DNA of 64,000 nucleotides from Neovahlkampfia damariscottae (taxonomy: Eukaryota), in assembly GCA_016618085.1 (NCBI GenBank), contig JABLTG010000023.1, positions 62,001 through 126,000 of the forward strand. The letters are read 5' to 3'. Position 1 is the first letter of the stretch. Each line of letters begins with the position of its first letter. A model generated the notes under the pieces. It was not told the origin of the DNA and made no database searches. It saw only the letters and a list, made by a program, of their open reading frames with translations. Below are positions 32,157-45,645 of the stretch, piece after piece. The translations under genes were made by a program, and so were the position numbers.

Positions 32157-34090
32157 ATGAGTTTGTATCAACTTGATCAAGAAGCAGATAATCTCTGCCC
32201 TCCAATAAACAATAAAAAAAGTCCAAAAGAGTATTTTGTGATGGCTGCCAATTTTCTGAAAGCTGGTAAAAAAAAAAAAAAAAAATTAAAAAACAAATTT
32301 AGCCGGAGAAGCAAAAACAAAAAATAACTTTGAAAAAGCATACATCAATGTTAAAGCATATGTTATGTAATTCAATATCCAAAAAAAAACTAAAATTATG
32401 TTCAAAATAGTTTAATAGAAGTGAGACTTTTTAGTCATCCAGATATTATGAAATCAAAATTCAAAGATGAATATTTTTGGAACAAAGTAAAATCATTATT
32501 TCTTAAACATAAAAAAAAAAGGGTAAATTACCAAAAATGAAAGAAGAACTTTCTGTATTTGCTTCAAAACTTGGTTTAAGTGGAGAAGAAGAAGTACCTG
32601 TTGTACAAAAGAAATCAGTTGTATTACCACCAAAGCCAAAGTTACCACCAACTCCAAATAGAAATTCAACTTCAAGTGGAAATGAAGTGAAATTACCACC
32701 AAAACCTAATTTACCTCCTAAACCAAATGTTTCAAACCGATCCTCAAGTTTAATTTCACCTATTTCAAGTACAACAACTATCACACCTGTGAATAAAGTT
32801 GTGAAACCAACAAATTCAAATTTACCTCCAAAACCAAAACCTAATTTACCAGGAAGACCAAGTTCTGTCAATTCTTCGAATAATAACAGCACACCACCTT
32901 GGGTCAAACAAACAACTACAAATAACAATTCAAAACCAAATTTACCTCCTCAAAGATCAGGTACACTTCCACCAAAACCAAAACCATTTGTTAATCGTGC
33001 AACAAAACCAAAACATGATGAATTTGTTGATTTAGAATATACAGACATTAGTGATGAAATGACAGATCGAATGGTGAAACAACTTATAATGAATGAAGAT
33101 GTTCAAGGTGAAATTGGAAACCAAATTTCTAAAATGGCTCAAAATGAAGAAATGCAAGAAAAATTTGCCAAAAAAATCCAAGAATATGCGCAAAATGATG
33201 AATACAAAGAAAAAATGGCTAATGCTTTGGCAAATTCAACAGATAATGAATTATTGAAAGTTATGGCACAAAACAAACAAGTTCAAGATGCTCTGGCACT
33301 GGGTGTTCAACAAACACTTGGTAATAAAGAATTACAAAAAGCTATTGGAAATAGAGTTGCATTAGCTGCTCAAGATAAGGAAACACAAAAATTTATCGCA
33401 GAGAATTCAATGAAGTATGGAAAAGTTGTTGGTGATAAAGCATTGGATTGGGCAAAAGAAGAAGAGAATCAAGAAAAAATGAAACAAGCAGGAATGTATG
33501 TTGGAAATAAAGCAATGGATTGGGCAAAAGAAGAAGAAAATCAAAAGAAAATGAAAGATGCAGGAATGTATGTTGGAAAAAAGAGTTATGAATGGGCACA
33601 AAAAGAAGAAAATCAAGAAAAAATAAAAGAAGCAGGAATGTATGTTGGAAAGAAAACTTATGACTGGGCTCAAGAAGAAGAAAATCAAAAAAAGATGAAA
33701 GAAGCAGGAATGTATGTTGGAAATAAAACATTGGAAGGAGGTAAATATGTAGGTAACAAAACAAAAGAATGGGTGTCTGATGAAGAAAATCAAAAAAAGA
33801 TGAAAGAAGCAGGAATGTATGTTGGAAAGAAAACAGTGGAAGGAGGAAAAGTTGTTGGACACAAAGCATATGAAGTTGTTTCTAATGAAGAAAATCAAAA
33901 GAAAGCAAAAGAAGCAACTGCTTATGTTGGACATAAAACAGTGGAAGGAGGTAAATATGTAGGTAACAAAACAAAAGAATGGGTTTCCAATGAAGAAAAT
34001 CAAAAGAAAGTAAAAGATACTTCTGCTGCAATTGGAAAATTTGGTTTTGCTGCAACCAAAAAAGCGTTTGAAGCATTGTCAAAAAAATAA
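32157..34090 (+). CDS. USP8-dimer/AMSH-MIT-like domain + proline-rich region + amphipathic tandem repeats, 4 exons
   Basis: Spliced N-terminus KEYFVMAANFLKAAGEAKTKNNFEKAYINVKAYVILIEVRLFSHPD; many LPPKP motifs; C-terminal 24-aa and 11-aa repeats. Confidence 0.7.
33440..34039 (+). repeat. Coding tandem repeat: about seven 72-nt units with three interspersed 33-nt units
   Basis: Recurring gaagaaaatcaaaa...gcaggaatgtatgttggaaa; peptides (W)xxEENQKKMKEAGMYVGxK and TxEGGK(Y/V)VGxK. Confidence 0.95.
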
Positions 34091-34091
34091 T

Positions 34092-36966
34092 TTATTTGGA
34101 ATTTCTTTCTATCCAATTTTTGAATTTTGGAAAAATAAAAAAATTTTTTAAATCATCTTGATCCAAATTTAGTAAAGGAATGATGGTTTTGTAATCGTTT
34201 TCAAAGCTAAAATTGATTAATATTTCTTTCATTTTTGGTGAAGAAATGATGAAATTTTTCATTTTTTTCTTTGAAATTTCTTGTAAGAGTGTTTGTTCAT
34301 TTTTAGGAAAGATGGTGGGCATATGTGAAAATTTGAATATACATTTGACTAAATTTTCATTTGAATGTTCTGTTATTTCATCAATGGTTTTGAAAAACCA
34401 AGTTGATTGAGAATCTATGTTTCTTGAAATCTGCATGATTGTGTCAAAATACTCCCCAGGTATCCTATTGAAATATATTAATGAAAATATTATAATTACT
34501 CTAACAGTGGATATTTCTTTTTTATTTCATAATAAATCAGAAAATTCTCGATCATGAATTTTTCAAAATTCATCAAATATTCATCATGAAGAAAAACTTT
34601 TGTGATAATTTGATACAAATTTTTGTTCTCAATATTGGATTTTCTGTTAATAAAATCAGAGAAATACCACATGAATTGTCTATATTTCAAAATTGAATCT
34701 TTGTCAGACTTCTGTAATATTTTTCTACACCAAATTTGAGTTTTTTCATTTGAAACCAACGACAAAAATATTAATTTTTCCTTTAATTTTTTTGGAATAA
34801 TAAAATGTTTTTGATTTAAAATGTGAGATAAGTTTTCATCAAATGGTTCAATTGAATTACAAATCTTCTCATCAAAAACTAATTCCCAGTCAATTCTTTC
34901 TTCAAATGAACAAATAAGATTTGTAAAAAACAAAGAATTTGTTTGCATTATCAAAATTTTTTTGTAAACTTCCAAAATTGGTTCGATTTTGAAAAAGTGT
35001 GAAAATTTGGAAAAAACAATCTTCAAGAATCTTAAAATTGAATGTTTCTTGGATTCTTCATTTTCATTCAATAAAGCTCCCAATAATAATTTTGTCAAGT
35101 ATTGAACATCAACTAATTTTCCACTTTGCAAAAACGTGGATAATTCCAATTCTAATTCTTGTTGTGAATCTGAATTGATTGATTTTAATTTTTGAACAAA
35201 TGTGTTTGATATCTTTTCAAAATTAAAGAATTTATCAAATTTTTGGATTGTATAATGAGATCGTAATTCATTAAAGAACCTGATCACAATAGGTATTTTT
35301 TGTTGCTCATCTTGCAATATTTTTGGAATGTATTGATAAATAAGGTTATTGAGATATACATATAATTTTGAACCATCTTTTAAATCATATTTCTTCAAAA
35401 TTCCAACTACATTCTCCCATTTTTTATTGTTGAAGATTTCCAATAAATTTTGTTGATCTAATTCGAAGTCTGAAACATTCGTTACTTGGATTAACCTCTT
35501 TTTTATAACATGAATTAGTCTCTATTATTTTTAATTTCAATTTTTTTTACCCTTATTGATTCATTTTCAATGTCAGAAATCTTGATTTGTGAAAAAAATG
35601 GTAAGACATGTTTGTGCAAAAATTTCAAAGATTCAGAAAAAATTCTCATTTTGATTGTGTTCAACAATCCATAATTCATTGAAAAATTATTTTGAGATAA
35701 AAGATTTTTCATGAAGCTTCCAAAATCAAATCTTGAAAAAGTTAATCAAACAATTTGAAAGAATACTCTTTTTTTAGTGACAAAAACTGAACCACATTCA
35801 ATGATATATTAAACATCCTCAATAAACACATATGTTTAATCACTATTTCCAAATTTCCAAATTTGGAAACAATTTGAGTGAAAGTAGTCATTGCTTTCAT
35901 ACCGATTTCCTAAATAATTGAATCATTGTAAATTTTACTTCGTTAAGGAAAACAAAACTTTTTTGGTGATGTGAAATCTTATTAAATATTAGTATTGCAG
36001 ATGATATGAATAATTGGTTCGTCTTTTCTTTGTAGTTTTTTGAAACAAAATCCAAGTAATATTTGAATGAGACCGCAGCCTCTTTTTCGAATCTGATATC
36101 AGTCAAATGAGCAAAACATAAATGATAAAATGTTAAAGATGCTAATTCCTTGAATATTTAAGTAAATTTTTAATTCTCACCAACAAAGTCTCAAAATGTT
36201 GTGGGAATACAGTTTGAGGAATTCGTTTGGATAATGACAAAATTATTGGAATTTCCAGATCAAAAATAAATTTCCTGAATAATTTGAGTTCTAAATTAGA
36301 ATTTAAAATAATTAAATCCCATAAATCTTCTATAGATGAATCTAAAACACCATTGGTATTAATAAATCTACTTGAATAGTCTATTAAACAACTAACATCT
36401 TTGTATTTGGTTTCTGAGAAATAATCATCATTTTTTAAAAAATTATTCCATGAATTATCCATTTCTAAAACATTTTTCGTTATGGATTTTAATTTATCAA
36501 GTGAAGAAAAATTTTCAAAATTTTCACACAAACTATTTCCAATCTTTGAATTGTATTTTTCTTTATTATTCATGCTATATATCAATTCTGAAACATGAAC
36601 AAACAAGAAATCTTTTTCATTCAAAATTTTTGTACTCAAAGTGAAAAAATTAATATCAAAAATTTCTTTCAAAATATTTTCAATTTCTGGAACAATTTCA
36701 CGAATATGATATAAAAGCGTTTGAATTTGTGTTTTTGTTTCTGAAAATGTTGTGATTATTAAAAAATACTTCCAAATTTTCTTGTGAACTATTTGTTGAG
36801 TTTTTATTTTTTCAATGAAAAATTGTTTGAAACTCCTGATGAATATTGGATACTTTTTAATTATTATATACAAATTATTCAATATTTTATCAGTTTCTCT
36901 TTCAGTTTTATTTTCTTCAAAAAGTTCGAAAGACAATAACTTCACTTGGAGGGATAATTCATTCAT
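34092..36966 (-). CDS. Large multi-exon hypothetical protein (probably alpha-helical)
   Basis: Series of collinear minus-strand ORFs separated by intron-sized gaps; no motif recognised. Confidence 0.45.
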
Positions 36967-37077
36967 TTCATTGGATAATTCAACACAGAAAAAAACAAGT
37001 TATAAAATTAGAGAAATAAAAAGAAAAAAAAGAATAAATTATTTTGAATTTGACTATCCAATCAAATTGAACAGGTG

Positions 37078-38382
37078 ATGAAGTTAGTTTTGTTGTTGGT
37101 TTTAAGTGAGAATAATTAATTAACAAATAGGTTTTATTTTTCACATTTGCAGTAAAAATAATACACCTGAACAAGTTAGAATCTCCTTGACAGGTTTGAA
37201 GCCATCACAATACTCAATTATGTGGCAATCGAATGATACAAGAATTAACTCACCTTCAATCATACAATGGGGTTATTCATCAAAGAAATTGGAATATCAA
37301 CAATATGGAAATAAGAAAATATATACTGCTTGCACAGTATACAAGTCAGTTGCTCATGAAGTGCTTATTTCAACAGAAAAAAACAAATTTGTTTATTATC
37401 GTCTTTCCAATGATGAAAATGGTCCATGGACTGAAATATTTCACTTTAAAAGTCAAAAAGAAGGTTCTTTTAAATTTATTTCTTTTGGTGATTCTGACAC
37501 AAGAACCACAAATGGAAAGAAAATTATATCAAATTTGAACAAGATAAAATATGGCTATGATTTAATAATACATGCTGGTGATTATGCATATGATACACCA
37601 TCCATGCAATATCGTTGGGATGACTGGGGAAATAGTTTTCATAACATAACGAGTTCAATGTATGACAAATTGTTTTTAACTTTGAGAAAAGTCCTTACAT
37701 GTATTCAGTTGGAAATCATGAACAACATTGTGATTCTAAATTTGAAAATTACAATGAGAGATTCAGTAAAGTTCCTGGAAAATTATCAGGTGGTGGAAAT
37801 TATTATTACTCCTTTGTAAGAAATTTCTTCATTCATTTTTCAGGATTATTCATATGCTCATTTCATAATGTTGGCTCCATATGAAATATTAATGAACTAT
37901 ACTAGAGGTTCAGTGCAATACAAGTGGTTAGAAAAAGATTTAAAAACTGTCAATAGAAGCAAAACACGTTGGATTATTGTCACCTATCATTTTCCCGCGT
38001 ACAGTTCAAATGCAAGATATAGTGAAAATATTAAGCTAAGAAGGTCATTGGAACCGTTATTTTATGAATATGGTGTCGATTTGATTATTAATGGTCATGT
38101 TCATTCTTATGAAAGAAGTTGTTCTGTTTTCAATGATAAATGTGATGACAAAGCACCTGTAAGAATTTTTACTTTAAATTTTAGATGCACATCATTTTAG
38201 GTACCGCTGGGAGAGTTTTGTATGATACTTGGAGATTGAAACCTATTTGGTCAGCTCATCGAGAAGGAAGTCATGGAATTGGACTTTTTGATGTAGAAGC
38301 AACCACTTTGAAGTTCCAATACATCAGAATGAATGGAACTGTAGGCGATAGCGCTATTTTGAAAAAGAAGGGAATAAATTAG
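37078..38382 (+). CDS. Secreted purple acid phosphatase (ACP7/PAP-like), multi-exon
   Basis: Signal peptide, PEQVRISL N-domain, metal-binding motifs FGD, HAGDYAY, GNHE, YHFPAY, GHVHSYER. Confidence 0.92.
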
Positions 38383-38405
38383 CTTCAAATATATAATTAT
38401 TAAGT

Positions 38406-39737
38406 TTATTTCTTTCGGTATTTCTGTAAGAGGCTTGATGCAATGTTTGACAAAAAATCTTTGTGAGAAAGAGGCGATTTGTTTGTATTTCTGTAAATCA
38501 AAAATGCATTTGTTAGAATCATTTGTAAATAAACATCAGTCAAGGTACCTTCAACAGTTGCATGTCTATGAGGATTCAAGTATATAGTGTATAATGCTTG
38601 GAAATTTTCTGCTTTTTTCTTGTGGGTGTCATAAAAATTTGCAACTTTTGTCGCTTGCTCTTCAGTTGTATCCTTGGAATCTTGAATCTTGAAAGCATTT
38701 GTGATGATTGACTTTATTCTTAGTTGTATTACAGACATAGTTATCAAATTGAACAGCAGTTGTTCCTATCACGAGATTTTGATCAAGTAGTTTTGAAAAA
38801 TCCCTTTGAAAGAACTTGCTGAAGCAGAAATCAAGAACAAAAAATTATTGTTCAATAACCAATCAATCATTTTTGAACAAAAGTGGGTATCAGCAATGAC
38901 AAGAGTCTTTTTTTGACGTTGAACTTTTGAAAGTAAATTTTGACAAAGTTGACTGGAGGTTTCTTCTCCCTTTTCAGAATAATGAGCATCTGACAACTTA
39001 TAGCAATAAAAGTTCATAAAGTTCAAGAAACATGTTCAATTGCCCACCATTCTCGTTTTTCTTTGTTTGTAATGCTTGGAATTTTTCATAATATGAAGCA
39101 ATCTTTAAATTATCAACTGAATTTGAGTTAATGAAATATTTCCTTTACTTATGGCTGCAGTTCCAAGCTCTGCACAACTCTGAAAGCTCTCATTCATCAG
39201 TTCGATAATATTCACCCCAACTTTGATTTTTGAATGAATTTCTAACCACTTTCTCGAGGCAGTGCTTTTGATTTTTCTGGGTACTCAAACATATAATTAT
39301 CTGTACGCCATAGATCCTTCATTTCTGACAATTTGAAAATTCCAAAAATTATCGAACCAGCAACATACTTCATCAAATGTTTCTTTTTAAAGTCAACTGA
39401 TTAAAAAAATACATAACACTTACAGGAGATATCAGGTTTTGATTCATCCAAAATGATTTATAATTTTTTGAGTCAAAAGTTTTTCAACAAACTGAAGAGG
39501 AAATGCAAATCAATCAAATCCTATAAATTTCTCTTTTGCCTTATGAGTGAGTTTTTCAGTAACTTTTGGAGAAGGAATAAAAATCCCACCAATTTCTTCA
39601 AAATATTTTTTCACATCAACCACAGAACTTTTTTGGTTCGTTTTTTTCTTTTTTTCTATTTTTGCAGGTGCCTCAACTAAAATCTAAAAGGTTAATTGAA
39701 ACAAAAGTACTCTCTCAAATGGTTTATTTTTTTTCAT
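38406..39737 (-). pseudogene. Decayed piggyBac-like (DDE_Tnp_1_7) transposase with apparent introns
   Basis: Fragments LMKYVAGSIIFGIFKLSEMKDLWRT, TLVIADTHFCSKMIDWL, KVANFYDTHK, MILTNAFLIY..LSHKDFLSNIASSLL, broken by stops and frameshifts; no terminal inverted repeats identified. Confidence 0.65.
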
Positions 39738-39801
39738 GGCACTTTGTTTTTTTATTGGATGAAAAAGATGATTCGTGAAATATGAAATTCATAATGATGG
39801 T

Positions 39802-40656
39802 TTATTCTTTAATGTATTTTCTTTCTTTCTTTGAAAAGAATAATTGAGAAAGAAATTCTCCTCGTAAATCAACTTTTCTATATTTTCTTCTGACTTTTTT
39901 CAATATTTCAACTTTTGAAAATTTTTGAAGAAATTGTTGAATGGTAGATTCACTTTTCAAATTTTTAATACAATCCATTAAATCAACATCAATTTGTAAT
40001 TCTTCAGGAACACAAAAGATTGAATCAAACAATCCAATTTTTGAAACAGTATACATTCCATAAATTGAATGTTTTGATGATAAAATATTTTCAAGTTCTA
40101 ATCTAACTGTCATCATTTTTTTATCCAATGAATGAACTGAAAATCCAGGTTGAAATTGAATGTTCCCAATGTCATCCAAAGAATCTAAATCATCAAATTC
40201 ACAAGCGAATCTAATAATATGTAGTTTATGAAGAACTTCATCAATACTGAATTTTTGAATTCCTGTGAATGGTATTTTCTCTTCAAATGAAAAGGTTGGA
40301 AGTATTGATTCTGAATTTGTTCTAATTGGTGAATTATTTTTTACTCTCAATGTTTCATCAGGTTTTTTTTTAGTTGTCATAAGAACATCATCTGTTATTT
40401 TTTGAGTGGACAACGCTTTTTTCTTTCCATTTAGATATTTTGTTTTGCAAAGTTTTCCAGAAGTTTCTTCTTTTTCTGTTGTGAGATTATTGTCCACTAC
40501 TGCAGCAAATTGTTTGTCAACAAAACTAAAAGTTGGTATTTCTTTTAGTTCACTGTAAGGAAGACTGCTTTCCGTGATAAGTTCTTGAGGAAATGAAGTT
40601 TTTTCATTTCCAAGTTGTTCCTATTCATATTTTTGATTCTTCTCTGAAGTATTCAT
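39802..40656 (-). CDS. Hypothetical protein with an in-frame TAG at codon 12 (possible pseudogene)
   Basis: ATG at 40656 (CCAAT box at ~40683) is in frame with the 231-aa ORF; a single TAG lies at 40621-40623. Confidence 0.45.
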
Positions 40657-41140
40657 GTTGTGAGTTTGTGTTTGTGGTTCTGATTGGTGAGTATTTTAAG
40701 AAAAGAAAACTATATTTAGACGTTGGAATTCCGAAATCTGTTTTTTTTTGTTTATTCTATTAACTTGAAGATTGAACTGATTTAGTTACGGAGAATTTTA
40801 ATCTTTTTTTTAGAAAGACGCCGTCCAATCACATCAACACAACTCCGAGCTTTACTTTCTCAAACACACCACGACTGATATCGTATGCGTGTACTACAAT
40901 ACAGAGGAGAATGAAAAAGTTTTGCATCATGAGAGAACTACTGAAACAATTTGCACAACACTGGATTAAGTCCAATGACTGAAATGGGCAATTGGACAAT
41001 TTAAAAACCTTATCCAATAGAGGAAGACGGGTATTTATCAACAAAAATGAACAAACGATTTGACCAATCGGATATCTTTTTGCTTCAAAAAAGCTACAAA
41101 ATAGCCGCTGTTAAATTGATTGGTTACTAACAAAGAAAAA

Positions 41141-42904
41141 ATGTTTTTGCGAAACTTACGAAGGACTTTCAATGTTAAACCTAATACCATATTATTCAAA
41201 TCTATTATTAAACAAAAAAAACTTCAGTTTTTAGCAACTATTTCACTCACATTATTCTTTGCAAAAAAGTTTTCTGCAAAGGAAACAAAAGAAGAACAAA
41301 AAAAAATTGAACCAGGTGTCATCAAAAAGAATTTACCATATTACACATCAGAAGAAATCAAAAAACATAACAATAAAGAAGACAGAATTTGGGTCACGTT
41401 TAAAGATGGTGTGTATGATATCACAGATTTTGTAGCCATTCATCCAGGTGACAAAAAATTAAAAAAAAGTTAAAAAAATTCACAAGGTGGAGAAAAGATA
41501 TTATTAGCTGCTGGAGGTGCAATTGATCCATTTTGGCAAATGTATGCAATTCATAAAAAAGAAGAAATTTTTGAAATATTAGAAGGATACAGAATTGGAA
41601 ATTTTAAAAAAGATAAAAATTTTAAAGAAGTAAAAACAGATGATCCTTATGCGAATGAACCTGATAGATTACCAATTTTTCAAATTAATTCACAAAAACC
41701 TTTTAATGCTGAACCTCCTTTGGAATTTTTATCACAAAGTTTTATCACACCAAATGAAATATTTTTTGTAAGAAATCATTTACCAGTTCCAGTTGTTGAT
41801 CCAAAAACTTATGTATTGTATGTTGAAGCAGAAGGTGTTAAAAAACAAATTAAATTGACATTGGATGATTTGAAAAAATTTAAAGAACATAAAATTGTCA
41901 CTACCATTCAATGTGCTGGTAATAGAAGATCAGAAATGAATGAAGTTAAAAGAGTAAAAGGTTTAAATTGGACTGGTGGCGCTATTGGAAATGCTGAATG
42001 GTTAGTTTGAATTATTTTTAACATTTAAGGACTGGTGTATATTTAAGAGATATCCTTAAAGAATTAGGATTGGAGTATGGAAAAGAAGGAAATCTTGAAC
42101 ATGTTCATTTTGAAGGTTATGATATGGATATGGAGAAAAATTCATATGGATCTTCAATTCCAATATCCAAAGCATTGGATCTGAATGGTGATGTTTTAGT
42201 TGCATATAAAATGAACGGTGTTGATATACCAAGAGATCATGGATATCCTGTTCGTGTTATTGTTCCAGGTATCGTTGGAGCAAGAAATGTTAAATGGTTA
42301 AAGAAAATTAGAGCTGCAAAAGATGAATCTTCATCATTTTGGCAAAAAAAAGATTATAAAGGTTTCTCTCCTTCAGTTGATTATGCAGATGCGAATTATG
42401 AAGCAGCTGATTCTATTCAAGATTTACCTGTTCAAAGTCAAATTTGCATTCCAAAAGAAAACGATGTTGTATTGACAAGTGATGAAAAAATTTTAGTCAA
42501 AGGTTATTCATGGTCTGGAAATGGAAGAGGAATTTCATGGGTTGATGTCTCTGCTGGTAATTTCACTTCAATTTTTAATTTTTTTTCAAAAATAGATGGT
42601 GGAAAAACATGGAAAGTAGCGAAATTGACTGCACCAATGAAACAGAAATATGGAAGAACATGGGCATGGTAATAATTGTTTCAAATTTTTCTCATTTTTC
42701 ATTAGGGCTCCTTGGGAAATTGAACTTGATATTCCAAAAGATAAAACCGAATTAAAAATAGTTGCAAAGGCTGTGGACACATCATTTAACACTCAACCTG
42801 AAGAATTTGCACCTATCTGGAACATTAGAGGTGTTTTATCAAATGCATGGCCTAAAGTTCATGTCAAAATTCAAAACGACGAAGATGACGACGATGAAGA
42901 ATAA
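41141..42904 (+). CDS. SUOX: Sulfite oxidase, animal type (presequence + cytochrome b5 + Moco + dimerisation domains), 5 exons
   Basis: GVYDITDFVAIHPGG, PFNAEPP, FFVRNHLPVP, QCAGNRRSEM, DHGYPVRVIVPGIVGARNVKW, QPE..IWNIRG. Confidence 0.96.
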
Positions 42905-43033
42905 AATTCTTGCAATAAACATTTATATTTTTATTTTTTTAATTTTTGTCAAAAGTGTCAATTTTTAAAAAAAAATAATTATATTTTCCGTTTTTTTTTG
43001 TCCAATCACAGCGACTTTCATCTTTTCTTTCCA

Positions 43034-45429
43034 ATGAAGAAGACACTAACTTTTCTGAAAACAAAGAAGCAAGAAAAAGAAAAACAAGAAAAAAAAAACC
43101 AAAAAATACCAGAAGAAGAATTAAGTCCTCAACAAAAAGATCCTTTTAACCTGTCAACAATTGACAAAAGAAAAAGTGCTTCATTTAGTGGAAAGATTCC
43201 ACAAATAAACACATTAGAAGTTGATGATCATTCTTTTGATATTGAATTCAACTCAAAATCAAAACAAAAAAACTCTTTTGTTGAAGCATTTGACAGAAGA
43301 AGAAGATCTGTTTTTCATCAAAAGAAAAGAGCAACAGAAGTACCACCTGAAATAAAAATCGAAAAGAAATCAAATAAAGATAAAGACCACATTGAAGGAC
43401 TTGATTCTATTCAAGTTGAAGAAGTTAACATTGAACCAATAGAACCGCCTAAAAGTTTTGATGAAATATTGGCCACTGTTGAAGCCACTGAAGCATCTAC
43501 ACCAAGAGGAAATAGATCTGATTCAAAACCAAAATTTAAACATGTCAGAACAAAAACAATTCAAAAAAAATCAGCGACTATTTTGTCAACTGGCGGAGGA
43601 GATGCACCACCTGTAGAAGAAAAAGAAGTGACAAAACAAGAATCTCATGATGAATTTTCAAGAAATAAAAAAAAATCAAAAACAGATTTAGAATTATTTC
43701 GTTCAATGCCTCAACAAAAGTATGTACCAAACACAGTGCTAAAAAGGTTAGAATTTTTATTTTTTAAAAAAGACTTCAGAGAATCAATGCCAAAAAATGA
43801 TGCCATGAAAATTATTGCCAAAACACTTCCACGTTGGAATATGAATAACAGATTAAGAAAAGCCTATAAAAAAGGTGCTTTTTGTAAGCAAAATCGAATG
43901 AGACAACAACTTATAAAAGAAATATATCATACAGAAGAAGAATATGTTAAAGCTTTGTTGACGTTAACTGTAGTTTATTATTATCCTTTACAAAAGAAAA
44001 AGTTAATTGAGCCTGAAGATCTTCACACGATTTTTGGAAACATTCCAATGATTTTAGAATTACAAACAAATTTTATGGCTTCAATGGCTGATGAATTAAA
44101 GGGTATTAGTCCAAAAATTGGCAAAACTTTTGTTGAATTTGTGAGCATTTTTAATTGAAATTTAACATAATTTTTCAAGGCTCCTTATTTGAAGGTTTAT
44201 CCTGAATATATTAATAATTATGACGATACAATAGGTTTATTAAATGAATTACAAGCTACAAAGAAAGGATTTGATAAATTTTTAAGAGAACAAATTCAAT
44301 TGCCTGAATGTGGAAATCTTCCATTAGAAAGTTTCTTAATCAAACCAATTCAAAGAATTCCGAGATATAAATTGTTATTGAGAGACTTAGTGAAAGAAAC
44401 TCCTGAACATCACATTGAATATGAAAATCTTATCACAGCTTATGAAAAAATCAATTACGTTGCTGGATTTGTCAATGAACAAAAAAGAGAAGCAGAAAAT
44501 AGAAAAGTAGTCTTGAATTTAAGTGCAAATTTACCATCAAAAGTTCAAGATTCTTTGTTAAAACCAACTAGAAAACTGTTGAAACATGGAAAGGTGATTA
44601 TCAAAAAAGATGAAATTAAAAAAGATGAAGTTGAGACTAAATTTGAATCAAAAGAACTAGAATTGTATTTATTCAATGATTTGATTTTGTTGATTGATGA
44701 TAATGAAGATAAACCAACACAAATTAATTTTGAATTTTCAATTGTCCAAATCCCAGAAAAAGAGAAAATTATGAAAGTGTTTACAACTCTTTTCAGAATT
44801 CGATATTTAATTACAATCAAATTTCCAGAAAAAGATTTTGAAAAATGGAGTGGTATGGTGAAAGAAACCTCAGAAAAAGTTCAAGAAAAAAGTTCAATTA
44901 AATCTGAAATAGCAATTGAAGATTTTGTAAAAATTGAAAAAGAGAGAGTTGAAATTGCTAATATATTTCCTATTGTCCATCAAGAAAGAGTTGATATTTT
45001 AAAAGCATTGAAAAATGATGATCATAAAATTTCAACATTGACCAATGATTTGGAATCAAATCGTGAAAAATTGAGAAAAGTAAATCATCTAAAAATGTTC
45101 TTTTTAACTTTTTTTAGTTACAAGAATTAATAGCTCAACAAGAAATTGAATTGAAAACTACAAAAGATGGAAATAAAATTCGTTTGGAAAAAAAAGCAAC
45201 CATTTTGGATGAATTCAAAAAGAATACGGACAATGCAATTGCATTGGATAAAAAAATCTTGAAGATTGTACAAAAGGACAATGATAAGTACAAGAAAATT
45301 TTTAATTGTACTCCAATGGAAGAAGAAAAGGTGGAACCGAAAAAAGAAGAAATACAAAACGAACCCAAAGAAGAAGACACAAAAAGTGATGAAAAAATTG
45401 AAGATGTACCTTCAGAAAATAAAGAATAA
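43034..45429 (+). CDS. Rho guanine nucleotide exchange factor (DH-PH) with coiled-coil tail, paralog 1
   Basis: EIYHTEEEYV, IFGNI, LKVYPEYINNY, LESFLIKPIQRIPRYKLLL, LYLFND. Confidence 0.92.
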
Positions 45430-45645
45430 AAATTTTTTGAAATTGTTTATTGAGGTATCCATTTTTGGAAGTGGTGTTGTTTTGTTTTGGAACTCCAATC
45501 AAAATCCCATTGGTGTGTTGATTCATTTAAGTTGAAATTTGAACCACAATATTTTTCAAAAAAAAATTGAAATTGAGAATTTCCAAGTGTATATGATTTA
45601 GAACCAATTTGACCAATCAACCAAGTTTTAGTTTCCATTTAGTTC

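Noticed and set aside
33393..34082. Repetitive antisense ORFs and CRISPR-like periodicity
   Set aside because: Shadows of an in-frame coding repeat; no unique spacers or cas genes, and the context is eukaryotic.
40895..40920. U6-like ACAGAG word
   Set aside because: The flanking sequence lacks the conserved U6 AGAUUAGC and stem-loop context.
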